Source of the DNA: Octopus sinensis
Taxonomy: Eukaryota
DNA: 64,000 bases
Direction: 5' to 3'
Assembly: GCF_006345805.1 (NCBI RefSeq)
Contig: NC_042997.1
Location: 71,982,001 to 72,046,000 of the forward strand
The notes beneath the pieces were generated by a model that made no database searches, was not told the origin of the DNA, and was given only the letters and a program-made list of their open reading frames with translations. How positions within the stretch are numbered: the first letter of the stretch is position 1; every line of letters starts with the position of its first letter. This document shows positions 26,108 through 39,699 of this stretch, one piece after another. The position numbers and the translations under genes are program-made.

Positions 26108-26950
26108 TTGGGTCATGTCTTAAAGACTGCGGTTTTCTATACTTTTATTTTTCGAAATTAAGATAAACATAGTTCTTTTTAAATCTAAAATATATCCTCC
26201 TTCATTTTCTACAATGCTTTTCCATCTATCTGGTAGACTTGCAAAGCACCTCTTTCAAAATTCACTTGTCTGTGACGAAAAATACTCCTCTAGTACTGTT
26301 CGGACCTCGTCTACAGAATTCATATTTTTTACGTTCAAATGCAGAATAAATGATAATCAGATGGGGCAATGTTCGACGAATATGCTGGGTGGGGCATTGT
26401 TTCCCATTGAAATTGCTCCATCCTTTGGAATGTCATCTTCGCAATATGAGGCTGAGCATCATCCTGAAGGAAAAGCAAACATGGTCCCTTTTCTTCTTGC
26501 GCCGATTTGAATAACTTGTTGAATGACCAAATCCAAGCTTCTCTGCTAGTTCCTCAACAGTTAGAATGGGATTTTGTTCCACCAGGGTTTTCAGGACATC
26601 CTCCTCGAGCTCTACAGATCTTTCAGGGCGAGCCTTGTCTCTAGGCTGTAGTTTCCGGCTCGGAATTTCTGGAACCACCGATGATACTGGCTTACGCTTA
26701 TTGTCCGATCCCCATATACTGCATTAATATTCCTCACGCTATCCGTTGCGTTGTTGCCTTTATTGAACTCATAAAGCAAAATATGCTGAATATGCTCCTT
26801 TGTCACTTCCATTATAGCTTTCAGAAAATAACTGTTAAAATCGAACAGCGCTCTTCAACAATTGCACTAAGAATAAGTACACGGTAAAATTACTATCTCC
26901 TTTAGTTCATGCAATTGAAAAAAAAACGCATTATTTATGGGATGATCCAA
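26108..26950 (-). mobile_element. Internally deleted mariner element
   Basis: HILLYEFNKG...RWFQKFRAG...RPERS (mariner HTH N-terminus); imperfect ~28-bp TIRs ttgg(g/a)tcat...tgcg; TA on both flanks. Confidence 0.9.
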
Positions 26951-27924
26951 TATATATGTATGTATATATACAAACATACACATATATATATACACACACA
27001 CACTTATATATATATATATATATATATATACTTTCCCTACACTGCTTTTTTGTTTTCTTTTTTTCACAAGCACATGTAACACTTACGCCCTTCTGTACCA
27101 ACAGTGCTAAAATATTTGGCCCTAAGCATTGCTTTTCATCATCGCCTATACACATTTAAAAGCATTTATATATCTATTTATCTATTGGTCTATTAATTCC
27201 GTTTGCAATTTCACTCCTTATCGCCTTAAAACGAACATGAAGATGTCAAAATATAAAACCATACTTTCCTCCTTGTAATTATTTTTGTTATTTATTTAAA
27301 TACACCCCACCCCACAATCTCCTTGCTCTTAATTTCACTTGCAGTATTACTGTTTTTGTTTATAGTATTTTCCTTGTATAACAGTTTTAGTTGTAAATGA
27401 TATGGTTTACGTAATAAGAAAGAAAGCGAATAAAGCTAACCAAACTGATTTTTAAAATTTATTTATTTTGTTTATTTATTTCCGTAAATACCTCTTTATT
27501 TTATTTTCATTTTTGTTTACATCAGCAACTCAGTTCTGTTTTTAGTGATAAAGTTTATGGATAATTCCATGTGTTATTTGAAAGTGTCTTGGCCCAGTAA
27601 ATACTGAGGTCGTTTAAACATTTACTTTTTCCTCCACTGACATTTATATACGCTTAAATATCAATCCACTGCAGTCAGGTTTGTAATTGTTGCGAAGTCA
27701 GTGGCATACATTTTTGAATTGTATTGTATTTAACGTTGAAATTATTAGTTCATGTTTATGCCAAAACAACCCAAAGCAACAATAGCTGATTCTTCCAAAT
27801 ATGTTGGACTGGATGGTATAAAGCATGTATAATGAAGTATTCTCTACGTGAATCTCAAGAGAAATTCGTTATAAGAAGTAAAATATTGCACGAAAAAGGT
27901 TAACAATTTTGAGCAGAGTGTTTA

Positions 27925-28235
27925 ATTGCTACCATTGAATCCATACTTGACTTGTACTTTATTTCATTGGACACGGAAGGATGAAAAGCAAAGCTGATCT
28001 CGGCAGGGATTTCGACTCAACAGTTAAGAACTGAAATAAATACTGCAAGGCTTTTTTCTGTTTCCAGAGCATCGGAAAAACTGTTTGCTGCATTTCTTCT
28101 GGCCCGTTACGTTTTAAGGTCAATTTTGCTTTCATTCTTCTTGGCTCGATAAAATAAAGTACCTATCAGCTACTGAGGTCAATGGTATCGACTAACCTCT
28201 CCCATCAAAATTGTTGGCCTTGTTCCTAAATTTAA
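27925..28235. mobile_element. Two short SINE copies in opposite orientations
   Basis: gaaggatgaaaagcaaagctgatctcggc (minus copy) and tttgctttcattc...gataaaataaagtacc...ggccttg (plus copy). Confidence 0.65.
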
Positions 28236-28264
28236 AACAAACCTTCTTCTTCTTCTTCTTCTTC

Positions 28265-28297
<33 letters not shown>

Positions 28298-28314
28298 TAT
28301 TATTATTATTATTT

Positions 28315-28850
28315 GGTTTTTTTCCTTCTTTCTTCAAATTTTCTTCCGTTTCTCGCCGAGCGTTTTCAATACACCTAGAGCAGAGAAGCTCATTGTATGC
28401 ATTTCCAGATTACACGCGCAATTTCACAGATAAAATATGTATTTAAAAATTAATAAGTAAATAAATTCACGGATGGATGTTGTTTTCACAGCGATAATGC
28501 TCTTCTCAGTACATGAGCCGTTCCAGTTAATACGATTTTTTTGCACTTCCTGCAGGGATGGTAAGCCTGGAATCATTTTCAAATAGGTTTCAGTACCTTT
28601 TTTTAATCATTCCTAGAGATCCTACAATCACTGGTACTGTAGTCGCCTTGAGATGCCATATTTTTTCAATTTCTATTAGCAAGTCTTTATATTTACTAAT
28701 CTTGTCAAATTCTTTCGCCGCTATATTGTGATCACAAGGAATACTCATGTCAATTAATAAACACATCTTTTTTGTCTGATTTTTTATAATAATATCCGGT
28801 TTATTAGCTTTCATAGTCTTGTCGGTCTGTACGGGAAAGTCCCATATTGT
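28315..28850 (-). mobile_element. R4/Dong-clade 3' fragment
   Basis: WDFPVQTDKTMKANKPDIII...LLIDMSIPCD, homologous to the 31160-31420 protein; 3' UTR similar to 31620-31680; (ATT)n both sides. Confidence 0.88.
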
Positions 28851-28903
28851 TGTTGTTGTTGTTGTTGCTGTTCTTGTTATTATTATTATTATTATTATTA
28901 TAA

Positions 28904-28945
<42 letters not shown>

Positions 28946-29345
28946 CATTATTATTATTATTATTCACTGCAGACGAAGGTGACGTTCGTTTCCAAGACTC
29001 TATCTCTCTCAAAGGATTTTACAAACTGAAATAGAGCTTTTACGAAAATTGCTCGCTTACAGATAACTTCATGGAGTTAAGTCTCCTCTGTATAATGGTT
29101 GACAAAAGAATTATTTTTTAACTAAATTTCGAGGTTTTCTCATGTAACAATCAAAACCTAATAACCATGAACATTCACGCTAAATACCCTCCCACACGTA
29201 CACACACACACACGCACACACACACACGCACGCACACACACACACACACACTTACAAAACCGAAACTGTACAAAGTAGTACATGTTAAACGCAGACGCAA
29301 TAAAAAACGCTGAATGGTGACTTAATTGCAACGTAAAATATAAAT

Positions 29346-29540
29346 AAGGGCGGCGAGCCGGGCAAAATGCTTAGAGGTATTTCGTCCGCTGCTGCGTTCT
29401 TAGTTCAAATTCCGCCTTTCATCCTTTCGGGGTCGATAAATTAAGTACCAGTTACGCACTAGGTCGATGTAGTCAACTTAATCCGTTTGTCTGTCCTTGT
29501 TTGTCCTCTCTGTGTTTAGCCCCTTGTTGGTAGTAAAGAA
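29346..29540 (+). mobile_element. Short tRNA-derived SINE
   Basis: ggcggcgagcc...gttcaaattccgcctttcatcctttcggggtcgataaattaagtacc; reverse complement of the 41690-41880 type. Confidence 0.8.
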
Positions 29541-29871
29541 ATATTTTAACTCAATAACGTACGTAGAGATCTTGTCAGTATGCACATATATCGCTAAGGG
29601 TATAACCGTGAACAACGAAAAATCGGTTTTTGCTCGTGCTTTTCGATTACTTATACTCATATCACTCTTGATATGGAATGTTTTCCTGGAAAGATTGAAA
29701 GCCATGCCACATCTTGTACATTGAAGAGAGATAAGTCTTCCACAGACACTTGCAGATATCTGTGAGAGAGAAAAAAAAGCAACCTTATTCTATCTTCCCA
29801 AAAATATTTCCAAACATTAATTTTAAGTGTATTATTCTACACTAGGAAAGGAATGACTCATAGCATTATCA

Positions 29872-30300
29872 GTGCAATCTTTAAAAGAAAGACAAGTAAA
29901 AGTTCAAGTTCAAATAGTAAGCGTTATATCTCACTCTAAGCTGGTTCTGCGGTATTTAAAGAGTAGGGGCGAAATGATCGCTGTCATTAATATCGGTGAC
30001 GATGTTGACTCTTGGCTAGTAGTCCGATTCATGGAAAAGAATGGGCAGGTGGTTAGAACTGGCGCAATATTTAACGATATGTTGTCAGATGGATCACCAC
30101 TGGACATTCAAGTCTTCATGACTGGAAGGCCACAAAAGAATATCAAAACTCTGTCTTGTTGAAGGTGTTGAGAGGAAGCCTTTAAAGTTCAGCATCTGAA
30201 GAAGACAACCCAGCTGTGACATTTGCGGCAGCAAAATTTTTCTAAAAGCTTTCCTGGAGATAAAGACAGCTACACAGAAAACAAACTTCAAACAACGAAG
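29872..30300 (+). mobile_element. Possible degenerate LINE ORF1 (RRM-like plus Zn-knuckle remnant)
   Basis: INIGDDVDSWLVVRFMEKNGQVV followed in another frame by RRQPSCDICGSK..LKAF; similarity judged by eye only. Confidence 0.35.
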
Positions 30301-30448
30301 ACACAAACACAAAAAGTAATTGTTTTCCATGAATGATGGTAGTCATGTAAACAATACTAACAACACAGTTGGCAGCTGCAGTAATAGCAACATTTGAACA
30401 CACTTTGTCAAAAATAAATTTTTCAAATGGTAGTAGCTTTGCTAGCAC

Positions 30449-30505
<57 letters not shown>

Positions 30506-30507
<2 letters not shown>

Positions 30508-31524
30508 CTAGCTTACAAAACAACCACAATTGGACTGGCCAAATATCTTGAAATAACGAATGACTGGATGCTAAAGCTCGTGGAAAATCACGAGAGACGA
30601 AAGAAGCTTCATTCTATCATAAAGGAAAGCAAAAAAGTTGATATTGATCTCGTGAAGGATACCCAAACTGAACAACCCGAGGGAAATACGGCAACTATTG
30701 TTGCAAAGAAGGTGAAAATAATGGCATCGAAAAAAGCGCACAAGCAATTGGCTGATAGATGGGAGGAGAAACCTCTGCACGGCAAATATGTGGCCCGCAG
30801 CAAACAAGCTGATGTTGACCAGAAGAAAACCCATCAGTGGCTACGGAGCTCAGGGCTAAAAGCAGAGAGCGAAGGTTTCATCCTGGCTGCTCAAGATCAA
30901 AGCCTATTAACCCGGAACTACCAGGCCAATGTGATGAAAAATGGAGCAGACCCAAAATGCCGATTCTGCAACGACATGATTGAAACAGTGGACCACCTAA
31001 TCTCTGGATGTAAAGTCTTAGCACCAGAGGAGTATAAATTAAGACATGACAGAGTTGGCCAATATCTACACTGGCTAATAAGTCGGCATTACAATATCAA
31101 AACTGCCGACAAGTGGTATAATCACCACCCTGAAGCTGTAACTGAAGTAGAAAATGTAATGATTCTGTGGGACTTTCCAGTACATACAGACCGAGCCATC
31201 AAAGCCAATAAACCAGATATTGTTGTGAAAGACCAAAACAATAAAGTTTGCTTATTGATCGACATGAGCATCCCCTGTGATCATGATATCTTGGCGAAAG
31301 AGTTTGACAAGCTCAGAAAATATAATGACCTGCTCGCTGAAATTGAGAAAATGTGGCATCTCAAGGCGGTTACACTACCAGTAATCGTAGGAGCACTAGG
31401 AATGATCAAGAAGGGAACCGAAAATTATATGAGAATGATCCCTGGCTTACCATCCCTGCAAGAAGTGCAAAAGATTGTCTTAACTGGTACATCACACGTA
31501 TTGAGAAGAGCATTGTCGAAGTGA
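30506..31524 (+). CDS. C-terminal part of the R4/Dong ORF (Zn knuckle + restriction-like endonuclease)
   Basis: As above. The ORF-track start at 30427 is an artefact of reading through the (AAT)n tract. Confidence 0.88.
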
Positions 31525-31679
31525 GAACTATTACCACCCATGTATTTTAATTTAACTTAAAAAAAAATGAACGAGTTTAGTTTAATGGCCTACCAATGTA
31601 TACTATGAGTTTCTTTGTCCTAGGAGTCGGGAAGACACTCGGCAAGAAATGGAAGCAAATTTGAAAGAAGAAAAAAAAG

Positions 31680-31680
<1 letters not shown>
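30506..31680 (+). mobile_element. R4/Dong-clade RLE non-LTR retrotransposon, 5'-truncated, young
   Basis: Open frame to the stop at 31524 with WLRSSGLKAESEG, CRFC...ETVDHLISGC (CCHC), RHD, KPDIV...LLID (restriction-like endonuclease); 3' UTR; (AAT)n on both flanks. Confidence 0.92.
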
Positions 31681-31723
<43 letters not shown>

Positions 31724-32630
31724 TGAATATTGAACGAATCGATATGTCACAAAAGAATATGTCTGCTTGGAGGAGTTAAAAATTCAAGACTGAATGGTAT
31801 ACTTCTGCACCTCGAAATGCGAAGAGGAGTTCAGTTTATTCCTAACAGAACTACTAAAGCAAGCCTTCTCAGTTGTTAGGGATAATGAGATTGTCATCAA
31901 TCGCGACCGCATATACAAGTGTATTTCGTTTCAGTATTGAAGACGATGTGTGTGACAGGCCTAGTTAGTGCGTCACACACCTAACCATAAGTCATACAAC
32001 AATATATGGTTCAGCGAAACACAAGTATCACAGTCGGAAGTCATTGGTTCATTGCGTCCCAAACACACACACACACACTTTGTAGTACATATGAGCGGTT
32101 AAGGAATGTACGAGGTGACTAAAAACTATATGCAGTTGGGAAGGGGTCAGTACTGGCATATAAGTTTTAATGATCTTCAAAAAACGTAGAACTGTTCTGG
32201 AACAATGCTCCGCTTTGACACAAGAACTCATAGTGTCACCCAATCTCTTGCAAACTTGGAGAATAAATGGGGGTAGCAAAGCGGTGGCAGACTGACAAGC
32301 AAAGAAAGAAACGAGTAAAGTAATTTTTTTGAGGAAAAACTAAAAGGCGAATAAAATATGAACGACTTCTCTACGGAACGAGATGAAGTTTAAGATCATG
32401 TGATTAAGTAATATAGTCCTGTGACAATGTCCTATGGTTTCCTCAATCGTTGTATTGAATGAGCGAGAGGGGAAGAGGGGGAGGGAGAGAAAGAAAACAT
32501 AAACAAATGAGGAACAAAAGAAATAAATAATGGAGTAGATAATTAAGGAAATACAGCTGCAAGGATAGAAAAACTATCATATAACTAAAAGTAGTAAATG
32601 CACACGCACGCACACACACACACACACACG

Positions 32631-32681
<51 letters not shown>

Positions 32682-33299
32682 ATATATATATAATACATCT
32701 ACATGGGTGAACCTAAAAAGAAAGAAGGAATAGAGAAAGCGAAAAAAAAGAAAGAATAAAGAAAGGGAAAAAGAAAGAAGCACAGCTTCACATTTCAAGT
32801 ATATGTGCGGTCTGTTCCGTTGTTAGTAATAATCGCTTATCAAAACTGCTTTTTGTAACGGAGTTTTGTTTTTTCATATTTAATTGTTATCAGCATTACT
32901 TTGACGTATTACCTTTCAGTACCTATATATATAATTACCTTCTAATTATTTTCTACCCCACTCTCGTAACAATTTTTTTTTAAATAATACACTCCTACTC
33001 TAATACCCTCTCATTTCCATCCAATGTTGCTCCTGTGCAATTCTCTTCAGGCCTGGCATGTATTTCTCCTTTCATTCTTTTGTTCTCATTGCACCTGTGC
33101 ACGGCAGTTTAAGCGGGAAAAACCCTCACGCAGATATGTCTATGTTTTCTGCATACAGATTGCACTCGCGCGCGCACAGATACGCACACATTAGTTTCCC
33201 CTCTATCAAATTCAAAGAACAAATATAGATGACGCTTATCTGCGGTTAGAAGCAGTGGGATCGCAGCCTAACTCAGGGAATTGGTAATGGCATACTGCT

Positions 33300-33362
<63 letters not shown>

Positions 33363-33363
<1 letters not shown>

Positions 33364-35074
33364 TAGCTGACGTACCCGGTAATTCACGGAAAAGCGGGGC
33401 TTATCTTTTGGTTCCGTTCTCACAATTGTTTCGCTAATCCAATAACAACAATGCAAAGTACGTAGCCCCTAAAACGGTTTTTGTGCATTTACAGAGAATA
33501 CCGAACTGTCTTACATAGGATGTTGTTTTTAGGAAATCCCAATAAGCTATGAATACTCAAATTGTGAAGTCAGTTACGTAATAATATGAAATTAGCTACC
33601 CGAGAGTAAGAATTCAAATAAAGTAGCCTCGAAAAGGGTTTTAATGCGTTCCTATGGTATATAGAACATAGAAGGAAATTCTAATAAGGTATGTATACCA
33701 AAATTGTGAAACATGTTACGTAATAACAGGTTAAAGTAAATAACTCTGAAAAGGGCTTTTGTGCGTTCCCACAGAATGTTACCCTCAGGGGCGCTAGTGT
33801 TGAAATAGGTTTACAATGAATGTAGAAATAGACTGACATTTAGTTTTACAGTAGACATACAAATAAATTTGCATATAGATTTTAAAATAAAATAACCAGT
33901 AGATTATCAAGTCATTTACAACACTTACAAAAACATCAACAAAGCTATCAATATGAATTAAGAAAATGTTCCTACATGTAGACAGTGTATCAACAGTATG
34001 AATACAGTGCAGATTGCAATGTTATACATAGATAATGGTAAGTTCTCTCTGCTTGTGTGTTTTGTTGTTACCTAGTGTACATCATTATAAACATTAACGG
34101 AAATATGTGGATCTATTGTTGAACGCTTTTACCGCGCACAGGTGGAGAACTCAGATTTGATCTTTTTTTAAGAAAGTATTCCTACATTTAAACAGCGTGT
34201 GACCTTTACGACAAGGCAGATGACCAGTAGGCGGAAAAGAAAAATAAGGGATCTTAAATGGGTTATTTCCCCTTGGCCGTTAAAGGAAAGTAAAAGGAAT
34301 ATGTAACGAAAGCACCAACACAGCTATCAATATGAATTAATAAAATGTTCCTAAATGTAAACAGCGTGTGAACTGTATGAGGACAGTGTAGATTGCAATG
34401 TTATTGATAGATAAATGGCGTTTTCTGTCTGCTTGAGTGGTTGGTTGTTACATCATTACAAAACATTAACACATCTATCAACATAAATTAAGGTGTTCCT
34501 ACATGTAAACAAGGTGTGTCATTTGTGATGACAGTGCTTTTGTCTAAAAGCAGAACAGTTCTTCATGCAGCGCTTGCCAGTTGGCTGAAGTGACATGAAA
34601 GGCATCGTCATTCATTGGTATATTCGTGAATAAGTCACTATTTACTTGTCTAAGGGTTGTACTGAGTAAGTTGCGAAAATAGCTCTAACAGTTCAAATAC
34701 TTAGAAATAAACATACTCAACTTTATTTATACCAATAAAATCACTGACCTTGTCTGACAATTTCTTGTAAGAATGTCCACGTAATGTAGAATGCTTGTTT
34801 AATAAATCAAGAATTATTATGCATTTTTTCATTTATTATATATTGGAAAAGGAATAGGTTATTTCCCTTGTCAGGTAATGGTTATATATGTGGATCCCTT
34901 CTAGGGGCCGTAGCCATCCAATTATAGATTTTTATTAAACTTCAATGAGCCTAGTAACAAATTGGATGCTACTTTAGCATGTTTGCAAAGTTTCACGAAA
35001 ATTCGTTAAGAGGTCTAGACAGCAACTTGACACAAATAGACAAACAGACAACTTGGTTTTATATATGTATAAGA
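33363..35074 (-). mobile_element. Complete non-autonomous Helitron (1712 bp)
   Basis: Minus strand starts A|TCTTATACATATATAAAA (35074) and ends with an imperfect hairpin ccgtgaattaccgg then CTAG|T (33363); no TSD; A/T junction. Confidence 0.85.
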
Positions 35075-35274
35075 TAATATGTGTGTGTGTGTGTGTGTGT
35101 GGTGTGTGTGTGTGTGTGTGTGTGTGTAACAGGTGTAACATATATTTATATATGTACATGTACGCATAAATACACATCCGTATATGCATACATTCTCGCA
35201 TACATGTAACATATGCAGATCGTATATATACATACGTAAGTTCATACATACATACACATAAGTAAACACTCACT

Positions 35275-35315
<41 letters not shown>

Positions 35316-36724
35316 ACAAAGTCAGATATGTGTATGTTTGTTTTTATATTAACATTTTGTAACTTAGGTTTGCATTACTGAATGTTTCACAAACAGAAAA
35401 TCAGTCCGGCTTGAAGAAAATGTATTGTCATCGGACGATCTAAAAAATTTCCTTCTCTTCAGTTAGTTTGTTGCTATTGGATATGACAGAATGGGGTACT
35501 CACGGTCTCACGCTAAAGGAAATATTACTTGGATTACATACTCTTTCAGATCCAGAAACCTGGTACTTCATCTTCATAATCAGTTATATCTGGAGGTAAC
35601 GGGCAAACTCACTTGCGCGGCATAACAAGGAGCATGTGTGAAAAAATTCTTTCTTATTCTACCCGAAATTGTAGCAGGGGTCATTATAGGCAACTATTTT
35701 AAGCAAACTGTCGATTACACTACTTCATAAATTTTACAAGTGTTTTTTTTACGCCTAGGAATCTTAGAATGATGTAAGTCGAAGTCACAAACTATCCAAA
35801 TATTTAACCTCCGCGACATGTGTTGAGTGCATTTTCCTCTCATTTACACCTTTATCAATATATGTGGGTGAGAACGTGCACATGCGTGTATCAACATACA
35901 CGTACAATTACACTTAATATCAATTAGAACACACACACGCACAGAAGTACTCCCTCGTATAGACATTGTTAATATAATTACATGAACTTTAAACAGACAC
36001 ATATTGTAAAGTATGCTCATACCTGTATGTACATACGAGTACACATACATGTTGATGTGTGCCAATGAACAAATATATACCAAGAGAAAGAAAGAGGGAA
36101 AATAGATGTGTATTTTTCTCGTGCGGTTAAGAAGACAAAATTAGCAATGCATCTGCAATTACATAACCAATTCGCCTGCTGTAATTATAAGCAATTTGTC
36201 TTCTATTACAATAGAACCAACTTGAGACTGTTTAACATAAAATATTTGTTTTCTTATAACATACTTGCTGTTAATTACAGCTCGTACTATAAATCATAAC
36301 CTTCTGGACCGGGACATTTAAGGTTAAAGAAACAAAAGCAATAATCTACTGATCTTTCCTCTCAATAACAATACTCACATGTCAACTTATTCCATGATTC
36401 ATTCATTCCTTCATTCATTTGTTCGTTTACTTAGTTCCTTTTTGGTCATATCTCCCATCTCAACTTACAAAGCATGCAGTTAGAAACACAATATACAATC
36501 CTGCGTGCACAAGCGTATGTGTGTGTGCGCGCGTGTGCATATATGCATGTAATAGTACGTGTGTCTATATATACTTATGTGGTAACTAAAATGTACATAT
36601 TGTAATAAGTTAAAAAACAGCTTAAAACATTTTAGAGTAAATGTAACTGAAGGCACAAAAACAAACATGTGTATAAGTAAAAACGCACACGCACACATGT
36701 GATATATACATATATACATACAGA

Positions 36725-36730
36725 TAGATG

Positions 36731-36810
<80 letters not shown>
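36725..36810. repeat. (GATA)n microsatellite (others at 15410-15480, 59557-59650, 62765-62855)
   Basis: Direct reading. Confidence 0.97.
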
Positions 36811-36811
<1 letters not shown>

Positions 36812-36842
36812 ACTTTTATATATGTGTGTGTGTGTGTATTAC

Positions 36843-37181
36843 ATAAACGAATAACAACAGGTGGGTATTTGGTTCATTCACTGCAGCTGTTTCAAACGAG
36901 TTTGTTTTTTTTTTATTAACGAATAGAGTCTGTACATCATACGAAAACTCCGTTTTCATTAGGTGAATACACATGAATTAAACATTTAAAAAGAAAACAT
37001 TCCAAGAATCAACTTCATGATTCCCTGGCTGGCTTTTGGTTGGAGCTAGCCAGGGAATGTTTAAAATGTTTAATTCATGTATATTCACCTGATGGAAACG
37101 GTTTTTTTCCCATGATGTAATAATAAAAAAAAACTCGTTTGAAGCAGCTGACCCAATAGCCTTTCTTCGTTATTTGTTTAT
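36843..37181. repeat. Fold-back (MITE-like) element
   Basis: cagctgtttcaaacgag...ggtgaatacacatgaattaaacattt pairs with aaatgtttaattcatgtatattcacc...ctcgtttgaagcagctg; inner hairpin ttccctggct/agccagggaa. Confidence 0.75.
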
Positions 37182-37857
37182 TATTCACCTCATTCAAAAC
37201 CTGCAGTTAACGTGGATCTGGAGTCAATTAAGTACAGTACAATTGGTGCAGTGTGTGTTCCCAGGTACAGCCTTGAGACTCGTAGTATATTCCGTTGGTC
37301 GCTTGTCATCGAGTATGCAACTGGAATATCAATCCATCTGTACTTCTGTGTGTACGTATATGTTCCTATAATTTTGTTTCGTACACGATTGTTATTTCTT
37401 TGACCGGAACTTCGTGCTTTACTAAATAAGGGATCTGATTCACTCGAATCTTGAACTTCTATGAATATATATGTATCACCACGAGCTCCATGTAAATATA
37501 TATTTTTTTAAATTTTGTTTCTACTTAATGACAACGCATGAATTTGATGGAAGAAAAATGGAGGTTAATCTACGAATATCCAGTTAAGATGTATTGTCTT
37601 TTCTTTGCAATGACGAAGCATAAATTGTTGGGTTGCTAAATGTAAGGATAATGCGTTGAAAGGTTGTTGAAGATAATGTAACGATATCTTCTCAAATCAA
37701 GCGAAATCTCCTTACTTGAATATCAGACAGCTATTATAATCAATTAGAGAATTTCGATATGGATGAACAAACATAAAGATTGCGAGTTCAATTCCAAGCA
37801 GTGCCTTGAATAAATAATAATAATAATTATTATTATATTATTATTATTATTATTATC

Positions 37858-38034
37858 TTTTTTTTCTTCTTCTTTCAAATTTGCTTCCATTTCTTGCCGA
37901 GTGTCTTCCCGACTCCTAGGGCAGAGAAACTCATAGTATACATTGGTAGGCCATTAAACTAAACTCACTAGTTCGTTCATTTTTTTTTAAAGTTAAATTA
38001 AAATACATGGGTAGTAATAGTTCTCACATCGACA
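37858..38034 (-). mobile_element. R4/Dong 3' UTR-only copy of the 30506 family
   Basis: Near-exact reverse complement of 31513-31680; (ATT)n on both flanks. Confidence 0.9.
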
Positions 38035-38105
<71 letters not shown>

Positions 38106-38124
38106 CATTATGATAGTGATAATA

Positions 38125-38290
38125 ATAACATCAGCAAAAAAAACCCCTTAGGAATGAGAACCCAGGGTCGGGTCCAAAATTCTACAAGAACACCTGATGA
38201 AGGCTAGAGAGTAAATCAGCCGAAACGTGGTAACAACAAACCAGAGGAGAACACATCCGTCCAATGTAAATGTAAATAATATAAAGATGA
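38125..38290 (+). mobile_element. PLE-type terminal-repeat fragment with decayed hammerhead
   Basis: CUGAUGA a GGCU...AGCC GAAA CG at 38194-38227; cleavage site and stem I are disrupted. Confidence 0.55.
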
Positions 38291-38559
38291 ACATATTTGT
38301 AAAGTATATAAATTTTATTTTTATTGTTTATTCTAGTGCATATACGTGTGTATGTGAAATAGAGAGAGGGAGAAGGGAGAGTGAGAGACAGACAGATAGA
38401 CTAACAAATACAAAGACACTCAGACAGACAAGCAGACAGACTGCTATTATTAGAATTGTTCGTTTGCAAAATATATGCCCGTATTGCTGTCTCCTATAGT
38501 GTGTATATCAGAGAGAAATGGATAACAAATATAAACTGTGAGGGTGTTGCCTTTTAACG

Positions 38560-39560
38560 GCCTGGTCAAGAGAACATAACCCTCAGCTGTATTAAGGAGA
38601 ACATTGGTGACAGATTTGAATCGAAGCTTATCTCTCCAAGCTCAAAGTAGTCCCGATCACTTGGGCCATCTTTTCCACATTCACCTAACTATCATTGGGT
38701 AGAGCACCTCCATTTCCAACCCTCCTTTCCTTTTAATCGAAACTCAAGAAGTAGATGAGATTTTGGCCCGTATTCATTTCTTTCAGTTTCGTCCACCACA
38801 CACCCTCTTTCGCCATATACATCAAATACAGAAAAACTGCTTATCCTTTCCTGCCGAAGGAGGAGAGCGGGGCGATTTTCACGATAGATTCGGCCGATAG
38901 CAGGATCTCTTCTACAAGTGATATCAGCAGTTCAACAAAACTACTAAAGTCAACAACACTCCGGTACTGTACAAGTGACGGTTTCGTCGCTCTTAATACA
39001 TCTCTAGCAGGTCTGGCTGACGTCACTACCATGCTTATAGATTTTTTCCCAAGCTGGTAGTATCTGGCCCCCAATAGCACCAGCAGGCCAAGGATTTCTT
39101 GAAATGTCCATAAGTCCTGGATCGAAAGTCTGTTAATTTTCATCGATGCCCAGAGTTTCCCCGAGAACGTCGATCTTGCCAACTACTAATTCCCTATAGA
39201 ATGCCATGATGGAACTTCAACTAACCATATTGTCCAACTAGTAGGGGGCTGTGAGCACCTGATGAGATTTTCAACACTAAGTGCCCAGCTGCGGTCTGCG
39301 CTTGATCTAGGACAGATAAATAGAACAGGTGCCATCGTGCATGTATCTGAAATTCTGGTGTCTATTACATTTATAGCTAGTGATCTAAGTAAATGAACAG
39401 GTGCCTCTGCTTCTAAACTGATCGCAAGTCATGCACATTTATAATCCGTTATTCACCATATCTACTGAAAAAAAAACCCAGAAAGTTCAGCTACATTAGA
39501 TTTGTGGGAAAACTGGATCACCAGTCTTCCCAGTGGGGCTGAGATTCTCTGAGTGGACCT
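38560..39560 (-). mobile_element. Second L1/Tx1-clade ORF2 C-terminal fragment
   Basis: AFYRELVVGK, LGETLGIDEN, QTFDPGLMD, KIYKHGSDVSQTC*RCIKSDET; paralogous to 40100-40650. Confidence 0.68.
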
Positions 39561-39699
39561 TCCTGAATTCCCTTATGTAGAATTATTTTACAAGAACCCG
39601 TCATATGGAAACCTTTCTTTTATATCTTTATCAGCATTTTATTTGCTAGGAGCGTGAAATTTTTCAGAGTGACTTCTTTTCGTTTCTTTATAACTGTGT

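Noticed and set aside
29960-30010. Cadherin-like TDINDSDH on the minus strand
   Set aside because: Surrounded by stops and lacks other cadherin motifs; the plus strand fits a LINE ORF1 relic better.
35501-35597. Minus-strand AG...GTGAGT exon candidate (ITDYEDEVPGFWI*)
   Set aside because: Stops in all three frames before the donor.
39259-39290. CTGATGA as a hammerhead core (similar hits at 9091, 10808, 13465, 30196, 33046, 49257)
   Set aside because: No correctly placed stem II, GAAA or stem I.
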